Assembly (NCBI GenBank): GCA_018656555.1
Contig: JABHZQ010000025.1
Span: forward strand, 21,972 to 85,971
DNA: 64,000 nucleotides
Reading direction: 5' to 3'
Source: an archaeon
GTDB lineage: Archaea > Nanobdellota > Nanobdellia > SCGC-AAA011-G17 > GW2011-AR17
Shown: piece by piece, positions 19,365 through 30,078 of the stretch
Numbering within the stretch: position 1 is the first letter of the stretch
How the letters are laid out: each line of letters starts with the position of its first letter
Position numbers and translations under genes: made by a program
Notes under the pieces: generated by a model
The model's input: only the letters and a program-made list of their open reading frames with translations
Told to the model about the DNA's origin: nothing
Database searches by the model: none

Positions 19365-19805
19365 ATGAAAAAGATTTTAGTTGGATTGTTTGTAATTTTG
19401 TTATTTTCTATGGTTAGTGCTGATGTATGTCCTTATGGTGCAGAAGAGTGTGATCAGTATTATACGTTTATTCAGGAATATGCTGAGGATGTTGATTTGA
19501 GTGAGATTCCAACTGTGTTTAGATTTTTGTTAGGTGAGCCAGAGATTAATGTTCAACTTAATATGATGGATGGAACTGAGAATGTTTATGGTTTTGTTAT
19601 TGAAGATGATAGAATTACTGGATTTAATCAGGGTGGATATGAAGATGCTTCATATATTATTATTCTAGATGAAGAAGATTTGCTTGAAATAGGTGAGTTT
19701 GGTGATCCGGCTGGTGATATAGAAGAATTGTATGATTCTGGTGAGATTATTATAGAGCCTCAGACTTTGTTTGGGAATGTGGTTGGTTGGTTTGCTGGGT
19801 GGTAA
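19365..19805 (+). CDS. Secreted acidic hypothetical protein
   Basis: Signal peptide MKKILVGLFVILLFSMVSA; very acidic mature region. Confidence 0.7.
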   Translation: MKKILVGLFVILLFSMVSADVCPYGAEECDQYYTFIQEYAEDVDLSEIPTVFRFLLGEPEINVQLNMMDGTENVYGFVIEDDRITGFNQGGYEDASYIIILDEEDLLEIGEFGDPAGDIEELYDSGEIIIEPQTLFGNVVGWFAGW

Positions 19806-20355
19806 GACCTTGTCCAGTTATTACAAAATTTACTTTTAGATTGTTTGTAAATAATGTTCTTTTGTCAAAATGATCTTTTTGTAATTCTATTGTATATTTT
19901 GAAAAGTTTCCCCATAAGTGGTTTGCTAATGGTTTGCATAGGTTGTCTTTACAGTAGACTTGGGAAGTTAGTAGAACTGGTATTTTTAGATCTCTTAGGA
20001 ATTGTAGTTGTTTTATTGTTGGAGGAGTTACATTTAATTTTTCTTGAACTTTTTTCCGGTAATATTTTGTAAAAGAGTCAATTACTATTAGTGAGATGTT
20101 TTTTGTTTTTTGAAGGTTTTTTACTGCTTTGTATTGTTCTGAGTAGCTTGTTGCTTTTATTAGGATTATATTGTCTAGATTGATATTTGGGTTCATTTCT
20201 AGAAGTCTATCTGTTGTGAAAGTATTTTCAGTATCTATGAATATTGTTTTTCCTGGATTTGCAGCTGTTTTTTGAAGACAAAGGGTGGTTTTCCCAGAAG
20301 CACTTGGGCCATAAACTAGAGTTATATTATTAGGAAAATTTAATTCAGATAGCAT
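19750..20355 (-). CDS. radB: RadB-like RecA-family ATPase
   Basis: Walker A YGPSASGKTT, FIDTENTF, Walker B LIVIDS, VLLTSQV; short, without the RadA N-domain. Confidence 0.8.
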   Translation of the reverse strand: MLSELNFPNNITLVYGPSASGKTTLCLQKTAANPGKTIFIDTENTFTTDRLLEMNPNINLDNIILIKATSYSEQYKAVKNLQKTKNISLIVIDSFTKYYRKKVQEKLNVTPPTIKQLQFLRDLKIPVLLTSQVYCKDNLCKPLANHLWGNFSKYTIELQKDHFDKRTLFTNNLKVNFVITGQGLTTQQTNQPHSQTKSEAL

Positions 20356-20460
20356 ATGTTTTTTGTGTTGTTATTTGTTAAATGTTTTGTGGTAAAATAT
20401 CCGCTAAACCTTTATAAAACACCATACCGTAAGGCTTATTAATCTGGATTTAAAAAGAAA

Positions 20461-22734
20461 ATGAGTATGAATGATGTTAAATTGAAGGTAATGGAGGCTC
20501 TTCAAGAGGAGGCTTATAAAGGGATAGTTCGGATAGATGGGGAAACAATGAGAGAGATAGGGGTTAGAGTGGGAGATATTGTTGAAATTGTGGGTGGAAG
20601 GACTACTGTGGGTATTGTGGATAGGGCTTATCCTACAGATGTAGGGCAGACTGTTATTAGGATGGATGGAATTCTTAGGAGAAATGCTAAAACTGGGATT
20701 GGTGAGGTTGTTAGTGTTCGTAGGGCTGAAGTTAAAGAGGCTAAGAGTCTGATTGTTGCTCCTGCTCAACAAGGGGTTAGAGTTAAGATTGATCCTGTTA
20801 TATTTAAGAGAAGTTTGTTAGGAAGGGCAGTTGTAAAAGGAGATATTTTGACTTTGGGAGGAACTACTAGGAGAAGAGAGGCAATGGCAGATAGTCCTTT
20901 TTCTGATGATATGTTCCAAATGTTTGATGATAATTTTATGGGAAGTTTTGGTTTGGCAGGATTGAGATTTATTGTTGCTGATTCAAAACCCAACCAAGCT
21001 GTGATTATTACTGAATCTACAGATATTAAGGTTAGTTCTAAACCAGTGGAGATTGTTGAGGAGAGAGTTCCAGATGTTACTTATGAGGATATTGGTGGGT
21101 TGGAAGAAGAGATAAAAAAAGTTAGAGAGATGGTTGAGTTGCCTTTGAAGCATCCTGAATTGTTTGAAAGATTAGGGGTTGAACCACCTAGGGGAGTTTT
21201 GTTACATGGTTCTCCTGGAACTGGAAAAACACTTTTGGCTAGAGCTGTTGCTAATGAGAGTGATTCTAATTTTGTTTTAATTAATGGTCCTGAAGTTGTT
21301 TCAAAGTTTGTTGGTGAAGCTGAGAAAAAGATAAGACAGATTTTTGAGGATGCCGAGAAAAAGTCACCTTCAATTGTTTTTATCGATGAGATAGATGCTA
21401 TTGCTTCTAAAAGGGAGGAGAGTTATGGTGAGGTTGAGAAGAGGATAGTTGCTCAGTTGTTGGCAACAATGGATGGGATGAAGACTAGAGGAAAGGTAGT
21501 TGTAATTGCTGCAACTAATAGACCTAATGCTATTGATCCAGCACTTAGAAGACCTGGAAGGTTTGATAGAGAGATTGTTATTGGTGTTCCTTCTAAAAAG
21601 GGTAGACTAAGTATTTTAAAAATTCATACAAGAAATATGCCTTTGAGAGAGGTAACTTTGAAGAAATGGGCTGATAAAACTCATGGTTTTGTTGGTGCTG
21701 ATTTGGCTGCTTTGTGTAAAGAGGCAGCAATGAATGTTATTAGGAGATTGTTACCTGATTTTAATTTGAAAGAGAATAGTGTTATTGATAAGAAAATATT
21801 AGAGAAGTTGATAATTACTGAGAAAGATTTTGAGGCAGCAATGAAAGTTGTTACGCCTTCAGCTATGAGAGAAGTTTTAGTTGAGATCCCATCTGTTTCT
21901 TGGAAAGATATTGGTGGATTGGAAGATTTGAAACAAGAGTTGAAAGAGGCTGTTGAGTGGCCTTTGAAATATACTGCTAAGTTTAGAAGGATGGGAATTA
22001 GACCTCCAAAAGGAGTTTTGATGTATGGTCCTCCTGGTTGTGGTAAGACTCTTTTGGCTAAGGCTGTAGCGTCAGAATCTGAAGCTAATTTTATTTTAGT
22101 TAAGGGGCCAGAGTTGTTGAATAAATGGGTTGGAGAATCAGAGAAAGGGATTAGGGAAATATTCAAGAAGGCTAGGATGAGTGCACCTACCATTATATTC
22201 TTTGATGAAATAGATGCTATTGCTTCTAGGAGAGGGAATAGTATGGGAAATAATGTTACTGAGAGAATGGTTAATACTTTGTTAACTGAGATTGATGGTT
22301 TGGAAGAGTTAAATGATGTTGTTGTAATTGCTGCAACTAATAGACCAGATATTGTAGATCCTGCTCTTTTGAGGCCAGGAAGGTTTGATAGGATTATTTT
22401 TACTCCAGTTCCCGACGATAAGTCTAGAGAGGAAATTTTTAAGATTCATACTAAAGGAATGCCACTTGCTAAAGATGTTAGTATTAAAGCATTGGTTGAA
22501 AAGATGAATAATTATGTTGGTAGTGATATTGAAGGGGTTGCAAGAGAGGCAGGTATGTTGGCTTTGAGAGAGAATCTGAATGCTAAAGAAATAGGTATGA
22601 AACATTTTGAGGAAGCTGTTGGTAAAATTAAACCTTCTATTAGGCAGGAAGATGTTAAGAAGTATAAAGCTATTGAAGAGAGTTATATCCGAACTGCAAG
22701 AGGAGCAGCTATAAAAGAGAATTATTTTGGTTAA
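20461..22734 (+). CDS. cdc48: Cdc48/VCP/VAT family AAA+ ATPase
   Basis: N-domain plus two AAA modules: [35 protein letters not shown] and [34 protein letters not shown]. Confidence 0.97.
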   Translation: MSMNDVKLKVMEALQEEAYKGIVRIDGETMREIGVRVGDIVEIVGGRTTVGIVDRAYPTDVGQTVIRMDGILRRNAKTGIGEVVSVRRAEVKEAKSLIVAPAQQGVRVKIDPVIFKRSLLGRAVVKGDILTLGGTTRRREAMADSPFSDDMFQMFDDNFMGSFGLAGLRFIVADSKPNQAVIITESTDIKVSSKPVEIVEERVPDVTYEDIGGLEEEIKKVREMVELPLKHPELFERLGVEPPRGVLLHGSPGTGKTLLARAVANESDSNFVLINGPEVVSKFVGEAEKKIRQIFEDAEKKSPSIVFIDEIDAIASKREESYGEVEKRIVAQLLATMDGMKTRGKVVVIAATNRPNAIDPALRRPGRFDREIVIGVPSKKGRLSILKIHTRNMPLREVTLKKWADKTHGFVGADLAALCKEAAMNVIRRLLPDFNLKENSVIDKKILEKLIITEKDFEAAMKVVTPSAMREVLVEIPSVSWKDIGGLEDLKQELKEAVEWPLKYTAKFRRMGIRPPKGVLMYGPPGCGKTLLAKAVASESEANFILVKGPELLNKWVGESEKGIREIFKKARMSAPTIIFFDEIDAIASRRGNSMGNNVTERMVNTLLTEIDGLEELNDVVVIAATNRPDIVDPALLRPGRFDRIIFTPVPDDKSREEIFKIHTKGMPLAKDVSIKALVEKMNNYVGSDIEGVAREAGMLALRENLNAKEIGMKHFEEAVGKIKPSIRQEDVKKYKAIEESYIRTARGAAIKENYFG

Positions 22735-22779
22735 AGATAATTAAGTTTATATATAAGTTCGTGTCTTATCTATTTTGAG

Positions 22780-24144
22780 GTGTTTTGGATGAAAAACTAT
22801 ATGAAAGTTTTTCTTTTTTTGACTATACTTTTATTTTCTTTTGGAATAGCTAGTGCTAACGTTTGGGAATTTATTACTGGTTATGCCGCTGCAGATCAAG
22901 ATGATCAAAAGGAAGAGGGTGGATTTTTTAGTGGAATTTTTAGTTTTGGGGGATCTGATGAATCTTCAGATGAAGAACCTAGGACTTTTGGACAAAGACT
23001 AAGGGGAATATTTAGTTGGAGTTCTGATAGAGATTCTGGAGGGATTCAAGATTTAGCTGGTGCTCAACAAACTGGACCTGGAGGTTCAGATAGTAGTGAT
23101 TCACCCGATGTTGATCCTATGGATCCAGAGCAGAGACCTGGTTTTGGTTTTGTTGATGAGGGAGAAACTCCTGGGATGCCTTCTGCTAGAAGTGCAGAAG
23201 AGGCGCTTAGTGGAGAACAAGATATACATATTTCACAAATTGGAGGAAGTGCAGAGTGTACTGATTCAGATGGTGGAGATGAAAAATTGATTTTTGGAGT
23301 TGTTACTATTCCTGGAAATCAATTTAGAGCAGAAACTGAATATAGTGATTATTGTTTTTATAATTATAATGCTGGTGAGTCTTCGACTCTTGATTGTGAT
23401 AGTGGATATTGTAGTCACAGAGAGTATGAATGTTCAGGTACATCTGTTAATGTAATTGATACATTTGATGTTATTTGTGATGGTGGAGTACTTGCTGATT
23501 CAGATTCTGATGGAGTAGGAGATCATGAGGATAACTGTCCAACAAATAGTAATCAAGATCAATTGAATAGTGATAGTGATGAGTTTGGAGGAGATGTTTG
23601 TGATGATTGTCCATTAGATTCAGATAATGATTTAGATGGTGATGGATTTTGTTCTAATTTAGATAATTGTCCAGATGATGCCAATGCTGATCAAGTAGAT
23701 TTGAATGGAAATGGTGTTGGTGATGTTTGTGATAGTGAAGCCTTACCTGATTTTAATCTTTATCGAGTTAGTGGATCTGAAGCTGCATTCTATCCTTATA
23801 CATATTTGGGCGAAAGTTATACTAAAGTAGTTTATAGAGTTTCTATATCTAATGATGGTATTGCTTGTTTTGACTTGTCTGAAAATGGCGGATTAAGTTC
23901 AAGAGTTGATTACTCAGAAACATCATCTATAAGATATGCCTTGCAAGGTCAAGCATTTTCTGGAGAACTTTGTCCAGGAGATAACACTTATGTAACTTTG
24001 ACTATTTTGTTAGAGGGGGATGTCCTAAATCAAGGTGGAGAACAGATTACAGTAGAAATTAATCAACAAGGTGGAAATGGTGCTGCATTTGTTGAAGAAA
24101 GTGACTACACAAATAATGAGAGAACAATATTTTTGACTCTTTAA
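22780..24144 (+). CDS. Secreted protein with thrombospondin type-3-like Ca-binding repeats and C-terminal CARDB/Ig-like domain
   Basis: Signal peptide; DSDSDGVGDHEDNCPTNSNQDQLNSDSDEFGGDVCD and DLDGDGFCSNLDNCPDDANADQVDLNGNGVGDVCD; ends VEESDYTNN. Confidence 0.8.
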   Translation: MFWMKNYMKVFLFLTILLFSFGIASANVWEFITGYAAADQDDQKEEGGFFSGIFSFGGSDESSDEEPRTFGQRLRGIFSWSSDRDSGGIQDLAGAQQTGPGGSDSSDSPDVDPMDPEQRPGFGFVDEGETPGMPSARSAEEALSGEQDIHISQIGGSAECTDSDGGDEKLIFGVVTIPGNQFRAETEYSDYCFYNYNAGESSTLDCDSGYCSHREYECSGTSVNVIDTFDVICDGGVLADSDSDGVGDHEDNCPTNSNQDQLNSDSDEFGGDVCDDCPLDSDNDLDGDGFCSNLDNCPDDANADQVDLNGNGVGDVCDSEALPDFNLYRVSGSEAAFYPYTYLGESYTKVVYRVSISNDGIACFDLSENGGLSSRVDYSETSSIRYALQGQAFSGELCPGDNTYVTLTILLEGDVLNQGGEQITVEINQQGGNGAAFVEESDYTNNERTIFLTL

Positions 24145-24150
24145 CTTTTT

Positions 24151-25017
24151 TTATTTTCTTTTTGTTAGAATTACAGGTTTGTCTTTAACAAGTACTGTAT
24201 GTTCTGCTTGAGATACTAATCCTTTTGATGCTTCTGGAAGTTGACAGTATTGTTTTATTATTCCTTGATTTTCTAGGATTTTTAATGTGAATGCTGATTG
24301 GGGGAATTTATTTTGTAGCCATCTTTTACAGAATGGTAAAGTGGAGTATTCTTTTTCTATGTAGTTTAATATTTTTTTTGAGGTTGGATCTCTTAATGGT
24401 TTTTTCTTTATTAGTCTGTAAATCGAGGATGGTTTTCCTTCTCCTACTTTTCCTTTTCCATCTGTTGCAAAGGGTTCTATTGCAATAACCATACCTTCTT
24501 CTAGTTCTGCTGTATTTCCATTATCATAATTTGGGATTGTTACACCCGCATGTAGATCATATCTTTTTATTTGGTGACCTGAAAGATTTTTTATTGGTGA
24601 GAAATTGTAAGAGGTAATAACATCTTGGACAACTGCTCCAATTTTTCTTATTTGTACACCTGGACGTGCGAATTTGATTGCTTCTTTTAGTGCTTCTTCT
24701 GAAGCTTTGATTAATTCTTTATTTGGACCAATTGTTAGGGCTGTATCTGAGATGTATCCATCAATATGGGCACCCATATCTATTTTTAGAATATCAGTTT
24801 CATTTAAGATGAATTTATCTTCTTTTACTGGAGTGTAATGTGCAGCCATATGGTTAATAGATAGGTTTATGGGGAATGCTGGTTTTGCACCTAGTTCTAA
24901 GATTTTTTTATCTATTTTTTCAGCTAGATCAAGTAAGAGTATTCCTGGCTTTGCTTGTGATTTTGCAAATGTTAAAATTTCTGCTCCAATTTTTCCAGCT
25001 TTAATCCATTCTTCCAT
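24151..25017 (-). CDS. map: Methionine aminopeptidase type II
   Basis: AFPINLSINHMAAHY, KIDMGAHIDGYISDTA, NLSGH, IAIEPFAT, QAEHT. Confidence 0.97.
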   Translation of the reverse strand: MEEWIKAGKIGAEILTFAKSQAKPGILLLDLAEKIDKKILELGAKPAFPINLSINHMAAHYTPVKEDKFILNETDILKIDMGAHIDGYISDTALTIGPNKELIKASEEALKEAIKFARPGVQIRKIGAVVQDVITSYNFSPIKNLSGHQIKRYDLHAGVTIPNYDNGNTAELEEGMVIAIEPFATDGKGKVGEGKPSSIYRLIKKKPLRDPTSKKILNYIEKEYSTLPFCKRWLQNKFPQSAFTLKILENQGIIKQYCQLPEASKGLVSQAEHTVLVKDKPVILTKRK

Positions 25018-25027
25018 GGGTTGAGAA

Positions 25028-25456
25028 TTATTTCTTTGTTTTTAATTTTTTGGGTGCAGTAAGTTTTTTGTTTTCATACATGTATTTCTTCATTGTGGCT
25101 ACATCTTTTAGTAGCTGTCTTATTCCCCTCTCTGCTTTTCTGTCTACTGTATAGTCATATTTTACTTGTATCCTATCTCTTTCTGCTTGTCTGTTTTGGC
25201 TCATTAAGATTATTGGAGCTTGTAATGCGGCTAAGCAGGAAAGTGTTAGATTTAAGATTATGAATGGCCAGGGATCCCAGTGGTTGATGAATGCTAGGGA
25301 GTTTAAAATGATCCAAACAAAGATCAAACCTATTACTGAGAGAATAAATGACCAAGAACCACAGAAAGTGGTAACTTTATCGGCTGCTTTTTGGCCTATA
25401 GTAAGTTCTTTTATAATAATTGGATGTCCTTTCTTCTTCTTCACCACTTTTTTCAT
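25028..25456 (-). CDS. DUF1003 family membrane protein
   Basis: ADKVTTFCGSWSF and DPWPFIILNLTLSCLAALQAPIILMSQNRQ signature. Confidence 0.88.
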   Translation of the reverse strand: MKKVVKKKKGHPIIIKELTIGQKAADKVTTFCGSWSFILSVIGLIFVWIILNSLAFINHWDPWPFIILNLTLSCLAALQAPIILMSQNRQAERDRIQVKYDYTVDRKAERGIRQLLKDVATMKKYMYENKKLTAPKKLKTKK

Positions 25457-25537
25457 ATTATTTACTGGGAGAATTAAATATTTAAAGCTTTTGAAATATA
25501 TGAAAAAATTTATATAGGGTTATTCTTTAGAATAATT

Positions 25538-26500
25538 ATGGCAGTATTGACTTTTTTTTGGATTGGAATTTTTGTTGTAAGTTTACTGGTGTTATTAAAG
25601 AGTTCTGATTATTTTACAACTGCTGCTGAGAAGATTGGTCTTTTGTTGGGAATGCCAGCTTTTATTGTGGGGGTTACTATTGTTGCAATAGGTACTTCTT
25701 TGCCTGAATTGATTTCTTCATTTTTTGCTGTTGCTGCTGGAAATTCTGAGATGGTAGCAGGTAATGTTGTGGGTTCTAATATTGCAAATATTCTTTTGAT
25801 TTTGGGTTTTGTTGCTATTGTGGGTAGAAAGGTTGAAACTAAGTATGAAATATTAAAAGTTGATTTGCCTATATTTTTTGCTTCTGCTTTGTTTGTTTTT
25901 ATATCTTGTATGGATGGAGTTTTTAATTTTTGGGAGGGTATTATTGGTATTTTGGGGGTTATTGTTTATTTTTCTTTTGCAGTAAATTCAGCTAAAAAGT
26001 CAGGTTCAAAACAAAAGATTACAAAGAAGGAGAAGAAAACTGCTAAGAAAGAAGGATTTTGGTCACAGATTGGTATAATGTTGATTGCTGGAATTTTTAT
26101 TTTTCTTGGAGCAAAGTATGTTGTTGCTTCTGTGATAAATTTGTCTACTATTTTTAATATTGGTACTGAAGTTATTGCTATAAGTGCGGTTGCAATTGGT
26201 ACTTCATTACCTGAGTTAATGGTGGGTTATCAAGCGGCTAAGAGGGGTAATGCTGGTTTGGCATTTGGTAATGTTTTGGGATCAAATATTTTTAATTCAT
26301 TTGCAGTATTAGGAATTCCTGCACTTTTTGGAGCTATTGTTATACCCTCTGCAATTGTTCAATTTAGTATCCCTGTAATGATTGGAGTAAGTTTATTATA
26401 CTTCTTTATGATACAAGATAAGCAGTTAACTATTTGGGAAGGTTTGATTTTGTTATTGGCATATATCCTTTATTTGGCTAAAATATTTGCTCTGTTCTAA
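25538..26500 (+). CDS. Ca2+/Na+(K+) antiporter, YrbG/CaCA family
   Basis: Two alpha repeats, GTSLPEL..GNVVGSNIANI and GTSLPEL..GNVLGSNIFN; about 10 TM segments. Confidence 0.93.
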   Translation: MAVLTFFWIGIFVVSLLVLLKSSDYFTTAAEKIGLLLGMPAFIVGVTIVAIGTSLPELISSFFAVAAGNSEMVAGNVVGSNIANILLILGFVAIVGRKVETKYEILKVDLPIFFASALFVFISCMDGVFNFWEGIIGILGVIVYFSFAVNSAKKSGSKQKITKKEKKTAKKEGFWSQIGIMLIAGIFIFLGAKYVVASVINLSTIFNIGTEVIAISAVAIGTSLPELMVGYQAAKRGNAGLAFGNVLGSNIFNSFAVLGIPALFGAIVIPSAIVQFSIPVMIGVSLLYFFMIQDKQLTIWEGLILLLAYILYLAKIFALF

Positions 26501-26533
26501 AATTTTATAAAGGAGGTATTGTTATTCTCAATT

Positions 26534-28801
26534 ATGATTGGATTTATTGTTGATGCTACCTATAGGATAATGGATGGAAGGGCTTATGTTTGTCTTTTTG
26601 GTAGATTGGAGAATGGGGAGAGTTTTTTGACTGTTAATTATATCAGGCCTTATTTCTTTATTTTGAAGAAAGATTTGAAGAAAGCCTTGAAAGTTGAGAA
26701 CTTTGAGTATGAAGAAGTGGAGTTTAAGACTTTTGATGAGCAAGAAGTTGTTAAGATTTTGTTAGATATACCTAAAGATGTTCCTGAGTTGAGGAAAGGG
26801 TTTGATGAAGAAGGAATAAAAACTTTTGAAGCGGACATTAGGTTTGTTAGAAGATTTTTGATGGATAGAGATATTCAAGGTTATGTTGATATTGATGGGG
26901 ATCATGATTACAGTGAAGGAGTAGATAGGTTTTATAGAGAACCTGAATTGAAAAAGGGAAAGGGGAAAATAGATTTGAAATTGTTTTCTATGGATATTGA
27001 GACTAATCCTAAAGCGACTAAGATTTATTCTGTTTCTATTGTTTGTGGGGATTATAAGAAAGTTTTAGTTGTTAGTGATAAGAAATTAAAAAATGCGATT
27101 AATTGTAGGAATGAAGAAGAGTTATTAGAAAAGTTTTTTACTTTACTTTATGATTTGGATCCAGATGTAATTACTGGATGGAATTTACTTGATTTTGATT
27201 TGAAGGTTATTAGAGATAGATGTAAGAAACATGAGATTGCTTTTGCTTTTGGCAAGGATAATTCTCCTTCTAGGTTGGTTATTAAGAAAGGATTTTTTGA
27301 AAGCTCTACAATGAAAGCTACTGGAAGACAGGTTATCGATGCTATGGATTTTTTGAAGAGGAGTTTTGTTAAGTTATCTGATTATAAATTAGATACTGCT
27401 GCCCAACATTTTTTAGGAGAGAAGAAATCTGTTGAGTTTAAAGATAAAGGTAAAGAAATTACTGATATGTATGAGAATGATACTCAGACTTTTGTTGATT
27501 ATAATCTTAAGGATTCTCAATTAGTTGTTGATATTTTAGATAAAAGTGGGATTTTATCTTTGACAGTTAAAAGAAGTGAGTTGACTGGGCTTTTGATGTC
27601 AGAGGTTAGTGGGAGTATTGCTTCTTTGGATTCTGTTTATTTGAAAAGGTTAAGAAAGAAAGGTTATGTTGTTTCTTCTCTTGTTTATGTTGAGAAGGAA
27701 GAAAGAATTAAAGGTGGATTTGTTATGGATCCTAAAGTTGGAATATATGATAATATTCTTGTGTTGGATTTTAAGTCTTTGTATCCTTCTTTGATGAGAA
27801 CTTTTAATATTGATCCTCTTGCTTTTGGTAAGAAAGGGATTAAGGCTCCTAATGGTGCTACTTTTTCTTTGGAAAGAAGTATTATGCCAGAGATTATTGA
27901 GGAGTTGTTGAAGGTTCGGGAAGAGTATAGGAAGAAGAAGGATGAGATTGGTAGATATGCTGTTAAGATTTTGATGAATTCTTTTTTTGGAGTTTTTGCT
28001 TCTCCTAATTGTAGGTTTTTTAATTTGGATATGGCTAATGCAATTACTTCTTTTGCACAGTTTTTTATTAAGAAGACTGCTGATGAGTTGAAGAAGAGAG
28101 GTTATGAGGTAATCTATTCTGATACAGATTCTTGTTTTGTTGTTTCTGGTGAGGAGAAGGAAGAAGATGCTGCTAAGATAGGTAAGAAATTAGAGAAAGA
28201 GATGAATGAATTTTATGATGAATTTATTAAAAAAGAGTTTAAGGTTGATAGTTATTTAGAGTTAGAGTATGAGAAATGTTATACTAAGTTTTTGATGCCT
28301 AAGTTAAGAGGGAAGGAAGGAGGAGCTAAGAAAAGGTATGCTGGTTTGGTTGATGGTAAGTTGGAGATTACTGGGATGGAAGCTGTGAGGGGGGATTGGA
28401 CTCCTTTGGCTAAAAGGTTTCAAGTGGAGTTGTTGAATAGAGTGTTTAAAGGAGAGAATGTTAAAAAGTTTGTTACTGATTTTGTTGCTAAGTTGAAAAA
28501 AGGTAAGTTTGATGATCAATTGGTTTATAGCAAGAGTATTAGGAAGCCTTTGGAGGAATATGTTAAAACTACTCCTCCCCACATTAAAGCGGCCAGGAAG
28601 TTGGATAAGTTTGAAGGTACAAGAATAAAGTATGTTATTACTTCTGAAGGTCCAGAACCTGTTGAAAGAGTTAAAGGGCATTTAGATTATACTCATTATT
28701 TGAATAAGCAAGTAAAACCTATTGCAGAATCTATTCTTGTGTTTTTTGAATTGAATTTTGATGAGTTATTGACTGGGCAGAGGGATTTATTTAGTTATTA
28801 G
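26534..28801 (+). CDS. polB: Family B DNA polymerase with intact 3'-5' exonuclease
   Basis: ExoI MDIET, ExoII GWNLLDFD, ExoIII YNLKD; Pol motifs DFKSLYPS, KILMNSFFG, YSDTDS, KKRYAG. Start moved to ATG 26534, 23 nt after TTTTATAA. Confidence 0.95.
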   Translation: MIGFIVDATYRIMDGRAYVCLFGRLENGESFLTVNYIRPYFFILKKDLKKALKVENFEYEEVEFKTFDEQEVVKILLDIPKDVPELRKGFDEEGIKTFEADIRFVRRFLMDRDIQGYVDIDGDHDYSEGVDRFYREPELKKGKGKIDLKLFSMDIETNPKATKIYSVSIVCGDYKKVLVVSDKKLKNAINCRNEEELLEKFFTLLYDLDPDVITGWNLLDFDLKVIRDRCKKHEIAFAFGKDNSPSRLVIKKGFFESSTMKATGRQVIDAMDFLKRSFVKLSDYKLDTAAQHFLGEKKSVEFKDKGKEITDMYENDTQTFVDYNLKDSQLVVDILDKSGILSLTVKRSELTGLLMSEVSGSIASLDSVYLKRLRKKGYVVSSLVYVEKEERIKGGFVMDPKVGIYDNILVLDFKSLYPSLMRTFNIDPLAFGKKGIKAPNGATFSLERSIMPEIIEELLKVREEYRKKKDEIGRYAVKILMNSFFGVFASPNCRFFNLDMANAITSFAQFFIKKTADELKKRGYEVIYSDTDSCFVVSGEEKEEDAAKIGKKLEKEMNEFYDEFIKKEFKVDSYLELEYEKCYTKFLMPKLRGKEGGAKKRYAGLVDGKLEITGMEAVRGDWTPLAKRFQVELLNRVFKGENVKKFVTDFVAKLKKGKFDDQLVYSKSIRKPLEEYVKTTPPHIKAARKLDKFEGTRIKYVITSEGPEPVERVKGHLDYTHYLNKQVKPIAESILVFFELNFDELLTGQRDLFSY

Positions 28802-28810
28802 GAGAATAAG

Positions 28811-29062
28811 ATGTTAATAGATATATTAGGATATGTTGCAGGAAGTTTAGTAGTTATTTCTTTGTTGCCACAGACAATAAAGAGTTGGAAAACTAGGTCT
28901 ACTAAGGATTTATCTTTGTGGAGGTATATTATTTATGCTATTGGTTTGATTTTATGGATAACTTATGCTGTAATTATTGGGAATGGTCCAGTTGCAGTTA
29001 TGAATAGTGTTGGATTATTATTGGCTTTGTCAATTTTGTTTTTGAAGATTAAGTATGGTTAA
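28811..29062 (+). CDS. SemiSWEET / PQ-loop family transporter
   Basis: 83 aa, 3 TM segments, LLPQTIKSWKTRSTKDLS..LWITY motif. Confidence 0.9.
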   Translation: MLIDILGYVAGSLVVISLLPQTIKSWKTRSTKDLSLWRYIIYAIGLILWITYAVIIGNGPVAVMNSVGLLLALSILFLKIKYG

Positions 29063-29688
29063 TTAATTGTTTCTAAATGGTGATTTTCTGGTTTGAATAT
29101 ATAACAATTTGCTGAATCAAAATATCCACACCTGAACTTTTCTAAAGGTATACCTGTTCTTTTGGATAGCATATATGCATAGAAGTAGACTTGTGTAGAT
29201 GCATATTTTTCTTTTGATGCGTTTGGTTTGTAATCCCAAATCCAGATTTTGTCATTTTCTATTCTAACTAAATCTATATGGCCAGTTAATGGATTTTCTG
29301 AGTTGAATAGGTTTTTGTAAGTGTCAAGTTCTTCTGGTTGTAACCATAATGGGACTTCTATTGCTATTGTATTTGTGTCATTTTCTAACATGAACATTTG
29401 AACTTTTGAATGGTTTGATTTGTATCTTTCTGAGTTTTTATCTAATCCTAGTTTTGTTAGATTACATACTTCATGATTGTTAACATCTGTTAGATTTAAT
29501 TGATTTAATGGGAATTTTAGGTGTGAAGATCTGGGTTCTACTTGGAAATAATCATTAGGACAGTTATCAAAAGTGTCATATAAGTAGGAGATAAGTTCTG
29601 GAAATGTTTCACATAGTTGTTTTGTTTTAGGTTCATGGACTCTGTAGTAGTAGAACCAGCCATGTTTGAAAGAAATTTGTTTTATCAT
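29059..29688 (-). CDS. PD-(D/E)XK nuclease family protein
   Basis: AIEVPLW..LTGHIDLVRI..WIWDYKP..TQVYFYA matches a RecB-like E..D..(D/E)YK..QxxxY core. Confidence 0.8.
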   Translation of the reverse strand: MIKQISFKHGWFYYYRVHEPKTKQLCETFPELISYLYDTFDNCPNDYFQVEPRSSHLKFPLNQLNLTDVNNHEVCNLTKLGLDKNSERYKSNHSKVQMFMLENDTNTIAIEVPLWLQPEELDTYKNLFNSENPLTGHIDLVRIENDKIWIWDYKPNASKEKYASTQVYFYAYMLSKRTGIPLEKFRCGYFDSANCYIFKPENHHLETIN

Positions 29689-29756
29689 TCTCTTTTATTG
29701 TGTTTAGAACAGAAATATTATTAAATCTTTAGGTAATTGAATAGATAGGTGATAAT

Positions 29757-30074
29757 ATGGCAGAAGATGATCAATGGGTAAATGTAAAAATACAGCAAAC
29801 AAGCGAGGGTGGGGGGATAGGGGGGCGTAAGTTAAGATGGAAGCTTTCTGCAGATAATTATGTGCCACAAACTTTTAGTCCTAATTTTAGTTCTTTAAAA
29901 TTAGCTGTTAAAGAGTTTATTAATTATTTGAAGGCAAGACCCAATATTGTGAGAGCAAGATTGGGAGATAAGAATATAGCTGAGCCAATATTGGGCTCAT
30001 TAAGTGGGTCTCAATTAGAAGAGATTAAAGAGATGCTAATTGCACATAATAATAATCCAAGGAGAGGTATGTAA
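29757..30074 (+). CDS. Hypothetical protein
   Basis: 105-aa ORF with SD-like AGGTGAT upstream; no family recognised. Confidence 0.6.
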   Translation: MAEDDQWVNVKIQQTSEGGGIGGRKLRWKLSADNYVPQTFSPNFSSLKLAVKEFINYLKARPNIVRARLGDKNIAEPILGSLSGSQLEEIKEMLIAHNNNPRRGM

Positions 30075-30078
30075 TAAA

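Noticed and set aside
6315-28801. Inteins in DP2, TopA, Cdc48 or PolB (also checked RFC-S and MCM)
   Set aside because: Protein lengths are normal and no C/S...HN-C/S/T splice junction or LAGLIDADG block is visible.
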